Virus record (IMG/VR): IMGVR_UViG_3300032318_001419
Coordinates: 1-31,372 of that record
Length of the DNA stretch: 31,372 bases
Direction: 5' to 3' (one strand)
DNA from: a virus
Lineage: Duplodnaviria; Caudoviricetes
Part shown: positions 1 through 8,500 of the stretch, in pieces
Position numbering within the stretch: position 1 is the stretch's first letter
Layout: the number at the start of each line of letters is the position of its first letter
Translations under genes and position numbers: made by a program
Notes under the pieces: generated by a model
Databases searched by the model: none
Seen by the model: the letters and a program-made list of their open reading frames with translations, nothing else
Told to the model about the DNA's origin: nothing

Positions 1-121
1 ACAGAACGAATATGAAAAGGCTGTAGCAGAGTTTGGTCGATTGGATCCACGAACCGACGCTGCTTTAGCGGCCTACAATGAGGCTCGGCTTGCATTAGAT
101 AGGACTATAGGAAGAGCATGA
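1..121 (+). CDS. 3' end of an upstream gene (partial), hypothetical protein
   Basis: The frame starting at position 2 is open (QNEYEKAVAEFGRLDPRTDAALAAYNEARLALDRTIGRA*). It ends at TGA 119-121 in an ATGA overlap with the start at 118, typical of translational coupling. Confidence 0.65.
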   Translation, partial: QNEYEKAVAEFGRLDPRTDAALAAYNEARLALDRTIGRA

Positions 122-1734
122 GCCAATTCAAATATACTTTGCCATCTGGTGCAACTTTTACCATGCAGGCCCCTGCTGGCACTACACAGGATCAAGCCGA
201 CTATACATTTTATAGTCAAGTGGCCGCGGGTGCACTAGTAGGGTTTGAGCCAGGGCAAAGTATCAGTGGAACCACGTCCTCAGTGGCTAAGTTTGATCTT
301 AGCCGGTTAGATCGAGGCACTGCTGGAGTTGACGACCTTGTAATCTTGTCTATTATCAACGGCCTGCCCACGGTTGCTAGCATTCCGTCTTTGATTGATA
401 CACCGTTAACCAATCCTGTAACACAAGCCAACATAGCAGCCATTGCTGGCACAGGATTTACTGCCCCAGCCATAGGATCTTTAACTAGCAATCAAACACA
501 AGCACTCATGGCTCAAGTGGCCAATAATGTAGATCAAGCGCCAACCGTTGCTACTAACGAAACTGGAGTTGGCCAATATGGATTTAGTTGCCAACAATTA
601 GAAATAGCCGGCTATGTCAAACCTGGTACTTGGCAACAATTTATACAAAACGGCCCTGGCACATTGACAAGTGTGCTTAATGCTCCAGCTATTTGGACTG
701 GGCTAAATGGAATTTTTTCTCTTACTGATTTTTTAAATAGTACATCTGCGCAAAACGATGCCCAAGCAAGGTTAATGCAAAACGGATATAATAGTTTACA
801 AGCTGCCGGTGTGATTAAAACCCCAGCGGCTCAATCTGTATCAGCGGTAGTAGGCACCGTTTACACCGGGGAGAACAATCCAGCATTAACCAACGCAACA
901 ACAACAATAACCAACAGTGTAAACGGTCAAATAGCAGCATTGGTTACAAATTCTAGCCAATACGGAACAGAACTTACAGCACAATGGGCCAGTGATTTAC
1001 CTCCTGTGACTAATGTTACTTCTAATTTAGTTAGCATACAAGGTCGGCCGCAAACCGAGTTGGCAGGCGCCTTCTCACTAGGGTTAGGCTCACTTGCATC
1101 CGGCATAACTCCTAATTTGGCATCGGTAAAAACTGCTATGGATGCCTTGGGCAAAGCCAGTCAGTTTGCCGCCTCAGCGTCTAGCACATTGACTAGTGGA
1201 TTAAACAAATTATCTAATCTTAGTGTTGGTGATCTAACATCTAAATTGCCCAATGTCTCGGCATTGGCCGGACAACTACAAGGAAGACTTGCTGGCCAGG
1301 CCACAGCATTAGCCGGACAACTACAAGGACAAGCCACAGCATTAGCCGGACAACTACAAGGGCAGGCCACAGCCCTACTTGGCCAAGCTCAAGGACAAAT
1401 TGATTCAGTGATTGCTCAAGGCGACAGTCTTGTATCAAACGTGCAAAAGGCCGCAGGATTTGCCAACACAGTAAATCGTGCCAGTGTTGATGCAGCATTT
1501 ACAAAAATACTTGGCAGTAAAAAAATATCCGTTCCTAGTTTTGGCGCAGATTTACCCGGCTCGGCCAGTATTGGTGCCGCACTTGATATTAGCAAAGCTC
1601 AAAGCATGTTACAAGGGTTACAAGGACAAGCTACAGGACTAGCTAATCAAGCGCAAGGACTAGCTAATCAAGCACAGAGTCAAGCCAACAATCTATTGGC
1701 CACAGCAAGATCCTCAGTAAATCAAATAGGTTAA
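118..1734 (+). CDS. Ala/Gln/Ser-rich putative virion (baseplate hub-associated) protein with a lysozyme-like segment and C-terminal helical repeats
   Basis: 538-aa ORF directly upstream of the gp25-like gene. The segment GVGQYGFSCQQLEIAGYVKPGT...WTGLNGIFSLTDFLNSTSAQ resembles the G-x-Y-Q-F...L...GY...WTG...FL pattern of lysozyme-like domains. It also has ALAGQLQGQAT and QAQGLAN repeats. Confidence 0.55.
   Translation: MSQFKYTLPSGATFTMQAPAGTTQDQADYTFYSQVAAGALVGFEPGQSISGTTSSVAKFDLSRLDRGTAGVDDLVILSIINGLPTVASIPSLIDTPLTNPVTQANIAAIAGTGFTAPAIGSLTSNQTQALMAQVANNVDQAPTVATNETGVGQYGFSCQQLEIAGYVKPGTWQQFIQNGPGTLTSVLNAPAIWTGLNGIFSLTDFLNSTSAQNDAQARLMQNGYNSLQAAGVIKTPAAQSVSAVVGTVYTGENNPALTNATTTITNSVNGQIAALVTNSSQYGTELTAQWASDLPPVTNVTSNLVSIQGRPQTELAGAFSLGLGSLASGITPNLASVKTAMDALGKASQFAASASSTLTSGLNKLSNLSVGDLTSKLPNVSALAGQLQGRLAGQATALAGQLQGQATALAGQLQGQATALLGQAQGQIDSVIAQGDSLVSNVQKAAGFANTVNRASVDAAFTKILGSKKISVPSFGADLPGSASIGAALDISKAQSMLQGLQGQATGLANQAQGLANQAQSQANNLLATARSSVNQIG
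1261..1380 (+). repeat. 33-bp coding tandem repeat (11-aa ATALAGQLQGQ)
   Basis: gccacagcattagccggacaactacaagg(a/g)ca(a/g) occurs at 1300-1332 and 1333-1365, with partial copies at 1261-1284 and from 1366. Confidence 0.9.
1636..1677 (+). repeat. 21-bp coding tandem repeat (7-aa GLANQAQ)
   Basis: ggactagctaatcaagcgcaa at 1636-1656 and ggactagctaatcaagcacag at 1657-1677. Confidence 0.85.
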
Positions 1735-1737
1735 ATA
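1732..1737 (+). promoter_or_regulatory. Putative late promoter core TAAATA
   Basis: TAAATA overlaps the upstream stop codon, 4 nt before the gp25-like ATG. It resembles the T4 late consensus TATAAATA and recurs before other structural genes here. Confidence 0.6.
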
Positions 1738-1741
1738 CAAA

Positions 1742-2116
1742 ATGCCTACATTTATTGGATTCAACACTATAGGTCAAAATAAAAAATTCACAGCCGTGGA
1801 TTTTGATCTTATCAAAATTGACCTGCTCAATGCCTTTAACATACAGCAAGGTGAGCTGGTAGGTCGTCCTGGATATGGCACAGTGATCTGGAACTACCTG
1901 TTTGAAAATCAAACACCAGAAACACAAACGGCCATCTACACAGAAATACAACGTGTCTGTGCCGGCGATCCCAGAGTGTTTGTCAGCGGTGTACAGGTAT
2001 TTCCACAACAAAATGGTATGTTAATACAACTAGGATTGGCAGTAGTGCCCAGTACTACAGCACAACAATTAAGCCTGTTTTTTGACCAACAACAACGCAC
2101 AGCCACTTACGTTTAA
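1742..2116 (+). CDS. gp25: Baseplate wedge protein, T4 gp25/GPW-like
   Basis: 124 aa with the motif LLNAFNIQQGELVGRPGYGTVIWNYLFE...DPRV, matching the gp25 GE(R)xxxPxYG...LFE...EPRV pattern. It lies immediately upstream of the gp6-like gene. Confidence 0.88.
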   Translation: MPTFIGFNTIGQNKKFTAVDFDLIKIDLLNAFNIQQGELVGRPGYGTVIWNYLFENQTPETQTAIYTEIQRVCAGDPRVFVSGVQVFPQQNGMLIQLGLAVVPSTTAQQLSLFFDQQQRTATYV

Positions 2117-2137
2117 CTACCCAGTTTATTAACAAGC

Positions 2138-2143
2138 TAAATA
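2138..2143 (+). promoter_or_regulatory. Putative late promoter core TAAATA
   Basis: gcTAAATAtt in the 45-bp intergenic gap before the gp6-like gene. Confidence 0.6.
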
Positions 2144-2161
2144 TTAGAACTGGAAATATAT

Positions 2162-5100
2162 ATGGCCACAACCTCTAGACAAACCGTGATTTTTGGTGTT
2201 GAAGATTGGAAAAGAATCTATCAAGCCTACCGCGAAGCCGACTTTCAAAGCTATGATTTTGAAACCCTACGCAAGAGTTTTGTAGACTATTTGCGCCTGT
2301 ATTATCCAGAAACATTTAACGATTACATTGAATCAAGTGAGTTTATTGCCTTGTTGGATGTCATGGCATTCATGGGTCAAAGTTTGGCATTCCGCACAGA
2401 TTTAAACACCAGAGAAAACTATCTAGACACCGCAGAACGCAGAGACAGTGTTGTTAAACTTGCAAATTTAGTCAGTTACACAGCCAAGCGCAATACAGAA
2501 GCATCGGGTTACCTTAAAGTATTTTCTGTTAGTACCACAGAAAATCTCACAGACTACAACGGCATTAACCTAGCAAATCTTACAGTCAACTGGGCAGACC
2601 CTACTAACCTTGACTGGCAAGAACAGTTCATTACAATTATCAATGCTAGTCTTACCAATGCACAGAAATTTGGTATTCCAGGTAGCCGACAAACAATTTT
2701 AGGTGTAGATACTCAAGAGTATACTATCAATCTAGTTCCGGGTTATCTGCCAGTGATTCCGTACACTGCCACAGTAGACACTGTCAACATGCCTTTTGAA
2801 GTGGTCAATGCTACCTCAGCTGGCGCAGACTTTGTTTATGAACCGCCACCCTTGCCCAACGGACAGTTTAACATGCTGTTTCGCAACGACCAACAAGGAT
2901 TCCTTAGTGACAACACAGGATTTTTCTTCTTGTTCAAACAAGGCGTACTACAAAATCAAGATTTTAATTTGCCCGAGCGCATTAACAATCGTGCTGTGGA
3001 GATCAACATTGAAGGAGTTAACAACACCGACGTCTGGTTGTATCAACTAGACAATCTGGGCAATGTTGCTGGCTTCTGGGAGCGAGTTCAAAGCGTGTTT
3101 GCGGCCGCAGTAGAACAACTAGCGCCAGGCACAAGAGATATTTACAGCGTGAGCAGCAGGACCAATGATCAAATTACTTTAAACTTTGGTGATGGTATTT
3201 TCAGTACAATACCAGTGGGAACGTTCCGTACTTATGTACGAGCCAGTAATGGATTGACCTACATTATCAATCCTATAGAAATGCAAAGCGTTAGTATACC
3301 TATTAGCTACGTAAGTCGTACAGGACAAATTGAAACATTAACATTTACCTGTGGCATTACTGAGCCGGTGACCAACGCCCAGGCACGTGAGACTATTACC
3401 GAAATTAAACAACGTGCTCCAGCTCAATACTATACACAAAATCGCATGGTCAACGGTGAAGACTATACCAACTTTCCGTTTACACAATACAACAGCATTC
3501 TCAAAAGCACTGCCGTTAACCGTGCCAGCATTGGAACCAGTCGATATCTTGATCTAGTAGATGGTACAGGAAAATATTCCAGTACCAACATTTTTGCCAG
3601 TGATGGTGCCCTGTACGAATCCAACAACCTGTATAGTTTTCAATTCAGTTGGCTGACCAGTAACGACATCAGCGATGCAGTGATCAATCAGATCACTCCA
3701 TTGGCTCTAAGGGCAGGACTGCAACAATTTTACTATGCCAATTTTACACGTCCTAATCTAGCAGTACTAAACTATACTTGGCATCAAAGCACATCAATTA
3801 CTAATGAGACTACAGGTTTTTTTGAAAATGAGTTAGGCAATCCAGTATCAATCGGAGCCTTTGCCAGCAATAGTGGCAAGTACATCACCGAAGGCAGTCT
3901 GGTTGAGTTTGCGGCGCCTACGGGATATTATTTTACTGCTACTAATAGATTAGCAGTTGGTACACCCACTCAGCCAGATGAAAAGCTCACAATCTGGGCC
4001 AGCCCCACAGCAGTGTATCTAGCAGGAACAGCACAGGGTCTTGGAAATTTGCCATCGGGAGTTGGTCCGGTGGTGTTAAACAACTACGTGCCCACTGGCG
4101 CAATTCCTGTACAGGTAATTCCAGTGTTTACTACAGATATTCCTACCAGCGTACAGCAAACTGTGGTTGCCCAAATTGCACTGAATCAAAACTTTGGTCT
4201 AGGCTATAACAATCTCACTGATACTTGGTATGTGATTACTTCTAGCAATCTTGCGGTAGATGCAAATTGGAGTCAAGCAGAGGCACAAAACACATCTGGT
4301 GCCAACCTTGATGCCAGTTGGTTAATACAGGCCACATTCAATGGTTCAACATATACTGTAGTTTCGCGATCATTAGAATACTACTTTGGTAGTGTGCTGC
4401 AAACCAGATTTTTCTACTACACCAGCGATCCTATCTACGACAGCCGAACTGGCACAGTAATTCGCGATTACATCAATGTGTTAAAGGTCAATAGCCAACC
4501 CGACAATTCTACCCCAATGGGTGCAGACAATGTGTTGACCATTATCGATCAACCAGTTCTTAGCGATGGTCTAGTAGACGACTTCCAAGTTGTGGTTAGT
4601 TTTGACAGAAGTGGCGGAGACTTGGCACCAGTTAATCCAGACTTTTTTGACGAAATTGTATCCCCCGACGTTGAGGCAAATCAAAAATTAGTATTCTTCC
4701 AGGCCACTGTAGACTTTGATAATTTACAACGTTATCTCTTAATTGAAGCAGGTATAGTCAACAGCGACTATGCAACCTTGGCAGACATACAGGCAGTGCA
4801 ATCACAGTATGTAACTGGCCAGGTATTTTATGCCTACAATCCTACCGGATCCATTTCAAACATTGATTACAGTGCCGGAACATTTTACATCCTGGGGGTA
4901 AACAGCCTAGGCAATCCCACATTGACAGTAACTTACAATTACATTGCTCGCGTAGGACGTCAAGATCTATACTTTCAGTATCGTCATAACAGTCCGTTGA
5001 CCAGCAGAATTGATCCTGGCTCCACCAACATTATTGATGTGTATGTGGTTACCAATGCTTATTATACTGCCTATATCAATTGGTTGCAAGACACCACCGG

Positions 5101-5599
5101 CACAGTAACAGAACCATCAGTGCCAACTATAGATGAGTTAAATACTGCTTACCAAGGCCTACAAAATTACAAGATGATATCTGACAACATGATTGTTAAC
5201 TCAGTAGATTTCCAACCATTGTTTGGACAAAAAGCTGAACCAGCATTGAGAGCCACAATCAAAGTTATCCGAGCATATGGTAGTACAGCCAGTGTTAGTA
5301 CTATTAAAAATTTAGTAGTGACTAGCATGAACACTTACTTTAATCTTGACACTTGGAATTTTGGTGATACTTTTTTCTTCAGTGAACTTGCGTCCTACAT
5401 ACACCAAAATAATTCTGACGTAGTCAGCAGTGTGGTATTGGTTCCGTTAGACTCACAAAAGAGTTTTGGTGACCTGTACGAAATTAGATCAGCCCCCAAT
5501 CAAATTTTTGTTAATGGAGCTACAGTAAATGACATAGAGGTTATTACTGCCTTGACCAGCACTAACTTACAGACTGCTCCGGGCAGTGGAGTAATTTAA
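2162..5599 (+). CDS. gp6: Baseplate wedge subunit, T4 gp6-like, extended
   Basis: The N-terminus DFQSYDFETLRKSFVDYLR...FNDYIESSEFIALLDVMAF...ENYLDTAERRDSVVKLANLVSY is the gp6-type N-terminal signature. Also present are FGDGIFSTIP and ETITEIKQRAPAQYYTQNRMVNGEDY (the E..E.I...AP......R.VT..DY motif). 1145 aa. Confidence 0.88.
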   Translation: MATTSRQTVIFGVEDWKRIYQAYREADFQSYDFETLRKSFVDYLRLYYPETFNDYIESSEFIALLDVMAFMGQSLAFRTDLNTRENYLDTAERRDSVVKLANLVSYTAKRNTEASGYLKVFSVSTTENLTDYNGINLANLTVNWADPTNLDWQEQFITIINASLTNAQKFGIPGSRQTILGVDTQEYTINLVPGYLPVIPYTATVDTVNMPFEVVNATSAGADFVYEPPPLPNGQFNMLFRNDQQGFLSDNTGFFFLFKQGVLQNQDFNLPERINNRAVEINIEGVNNTDVWLYQLDNLGNVAGFWERVQSVFAAAVEQLAPGTRDIYSVSSRTNDQITLNFGDGIFSTIPVGTFRTYVRASNGLTYIINPIEMQSVSIPISYVSRTGQIETLTFTCGITEPVTNAQARETITEIKQRAPAQYYTQNRMVNGEDYTNFPFTQYNSILKSTAVNRASIGTSRYLDLVDGTGKYSSTNIFASDGALYESNNLYSFQFSWLTSNDISDAVINQITPLALRAGLQQFYYANFTRPNLAVLNYTWHQSTSITNETTGFFENELGNPVSIGAFASNSGKYITEGSLVEFAAPTGYYFTATNRLAVGTPTQPDEKLTIWASPTAVYLAGTAQGLGNLPSGVGPVVLNNYVPTGAIPVQVIPVFTTDIPTSVQQTVVAQIALNQNFGLGYNNLTDTWYVITSSNLAVDANWSQAEAQNTSGANLDASWLIQATFNGSTYTVVSRSLEYYFGSVLQTRFFYYTSDPIYDSRTGTVIRDYINVLKVNSQPDNSTPMGADNVLTIIDQPVLSDGLVDDFQVVVSFDRSGGDLAPVNPDFFDEIVSPDVEANQKLVFFQATVDFDNLQRYLLIEAGIVNSDYATLADIQAVQSQYVTGQVFYAYNPTGSISNIDYSAGTFYILGVNSLGNPTLTVTYNYIARVGRQDLYFQYRHNSPLTSRIDPGSTNIIDVYVVTNAYYTAYINWLQDTTGTVTEPSVPTIDELNTAYQGLQNYKMISDNMIVNSVDFQPLFGQKAEPALRATIKVIRAYGSTASVSTIKNLVVTSMNTYFNLDTWNFGDTFFFSELASYIHQNNSDVVSSVVLVPLDSQKSFGDLYEIRSAPNQIFVNGATVNDIEVITALTSTNLQTAPGSGVI

Positions 5600-8500
5600 T
5601 GAAACAAATTCGCAGTGTAGAATTCCTGCCAGAAATATTTCAAACTCCGATAAACAAACAATTTCTGTCGGCTACACTGGATCAACTGGTCCAAAATCCT
5701 GAATACACACAAACACAAGGATTTATTGGCCGTAGAATTGGCCCTGGAGTTAATGCCAACGACAAGTATGTTATTGAACCTACAAAAGTTCGTACAGACT
5801 ATCAATTAGAACCAGGCGTAGTACAAATTGATCCAGCAGACAGTAGGAAGGTTATAGATGCAATAACCTATCCTGGCATCAATGATGCATTGCAATTACA
5901 AGGTGCGTTTACCAACAATGCTGATAGACTTTATACCAGTGACTATTACACCTGGGATCCATTTGTTGATTTTGATAAGTTTGTAAACTATGCACAATAT
6001 TATTGGGTACCCGGAGGTCCACTAGCAGTGGATGTATCAGCCACGGATATTCCGCTTACTGATAGTTTTACAGTTACTAGAGCCAATGGAGTTTATACGT
6101 TCTCAGGGGTTACCGGAGAGAATCCAGCAATTACTTTGGTGCGCGGTGGTAGTTATACTTTTAATGTGGCCCAGAATCAATCAGAAACTGTAAACTTTCG
6201 TGTAACCAACAACGATACCAGCAGTTGGAATATAGATTTTTACCCAAACCCTACATTAACATTGACTCGCGGCAATACCTATGTGTTTAATCTATCACAA
6301 TCGTTTCCTTGGGCATTTTATTTTAAAACAGAACTTAGTTTAGGTACAACCAATGTATACTCAGATGGGGTATTCAATAATGGCGCCGGCACTGGCCTAA
6401 TTACATTCACAGTACCACAAGATGCTCCCGACACATTATTTTACTGTAATGATGTACAATTAAATCTACGCGGCCAGATTAATATCATAGATGGTACGCC
6501 TGGTACTGGTCCTGGATTTTTTATACAATCTGATCCTGGAGTCAACGGTCGGGTAATTGCTACACCTAACATCAGCAGTAGAGATGTGTTAGGAGTGGAA
6601 AACAACGGCGAAGACCTTGGAACAGTTACGTTTAATGTACCTTTGGCTGACGCACAGAATTTTTATTACAACATGCCTAGTATTGGTACCGTGGATTTGG
6701 TTACTACATTACAGTTTGATCAAATCAACAATCAATTTTTAGAACCATTCTTTGAAGCCAATACTAATGGTATTGATGGCATTACAAATTTAGAAAATCG
6801 TACTGTAGTTTTTATTACTCAAAATTCAGATCCTGAAACTGGTGGGTGGCAAGAGACTACATTTTTTGATCCGTTACTTAATGTTGGCAATGTGCAAAGC
6901 GGCACAGGATCATTTGATTCTACTAGCTTTTCTCAAACTACTCCTATCACAGATCAAGCCACGCAGTATAGTGTATGGCGCATACAGTATCTAACTGCTG
7001 AAGGTAGTGGCGACATCTACATGTCATTACAATTTGTAGAGAACGTAGATCTTAATAATAAATTTACAGTTGGATTTGGCACTGAGTATTCTAGTACCGG
7101 TTGGTATAAAAATGCAGATGGTTTTTTTGAACAAATTCCGTTGCTGACTGCCGACAAAAATGTGTTGTTTTACCAAGATGGCACAGACCCAGAAATAGTA
7201 GGACGAATTAACTTAGTTGATATTGACGTGTCAACTACAATTGACGTTGATACCATCATTGGATCGACAACTTACACCAGCCCCAACGGAGTGACTTTTA
7301 CCAATGGCATGAAAGTAGTATTCCGTGGCAATGTGTATCCTACGTCATATCAAAACAATGAATATTATGTAGAAGGAGTAGGAACAGCTATAAAATTATT
7401 AGCAGTTACTGATTTTGTAACTCCTGAGACCTATACCAATAGTGCAACAATTCCTTACGACACTACGCCATACGATTCTGACAACTTTGATGGAAATTTA
7501 AATCAACCCACAGTTCCAGATTATTTGACCATTAACCGTGCTAGTCCGGATCTTAATGCTTGGACACGTAGTAATCGTTGGTTCCATATTGATGTGATTA
7601 CTGCCAGCGCTGAATATAATAACACAGCTCCTGTGGTAAACAATTTGTTCCGCGCCCGTAGACCGATCCTAGAATATCGTGCTGGTACACGATTATTTGA
7701 CTTTGGTACTCAGGGGGTAGGACCTGTAGACATTATCGATTTTGTGCAGACTGACGCATTAAGCAACATCAACGGATCACTAGGATACGGAGTAGATGGC
7801 TACAACCTAATTACTGGAAGCAGAATTATTTTTGCCGCCGACACAGATCTAGAAGTGCGCAGAACAGTGTATGAAGTTCAATTTGTTGTCACTAATACTA
7901 ACGCTGAAGATTCTACTATTGTAGATGTGCCTGTAATTGTACTGACTCCAGTTGCAACAGCATTGGTAGACCAAACAACAGTTATCTTAAGTGGCAATAC
8001 CGAACAAGGATTGTCATACTACTATGATGGTGTGGCATGGATTGAAGCACAGAAAAAAATCAGCGTAAATCAACCTCCGTTGTTTGACATCTATGATGAA
8101 AATGGCAGTAGCTTTGGCAATCGTGCTATCTATCCTAGTTCAAACTTTACAGGTAGTCCATTATTCAGTTATGCCATAGGCGATGCCGAACCCGATCTGG
8201 TTTTAGGATTTCCGTTGACCTATCTAAGTCTAACCAACATTGGTGACATTGTTTTTGATAATAATTTTTACAAAGATTCGTTTAACTACACTATAAACAG
8301 CGTAGGACAAACAGTTGCTCTCAGCACTGGTTTTGTGCGTCAGTACAGCACCAGAGTTACGTTTGAAAGAGAAATTGGTTGGCAAACCGCAGTTACTCCT
8401 AGCCTGGTTCGTCAGCAGTTTCAGTTTACCTATGATGGAAGCCCGCTCTTATTGGACGTAGCTGTCAATGCCAATACCACAGTACCAGCTGTGCAAATAT

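Noticed and set aside
1261-1380. 33-bp repeats as a possible mini-CRISPR array
   Set aside because: The repeats are head-to-tail without spacers, in frame within a CDS, and vary at codon third positions.
216-2011. Antisense ORFs at 216-491, 927-1154, 1161-1370, 1241-1498 and 1664-2011, including a Cys-rich ACPCSCPAN repeat peptide
   Set aside because: These are shadows of + strand genes. The Cys repeat is just the reverse complement of the 33-bp tandem repeat, not a metallothionein.
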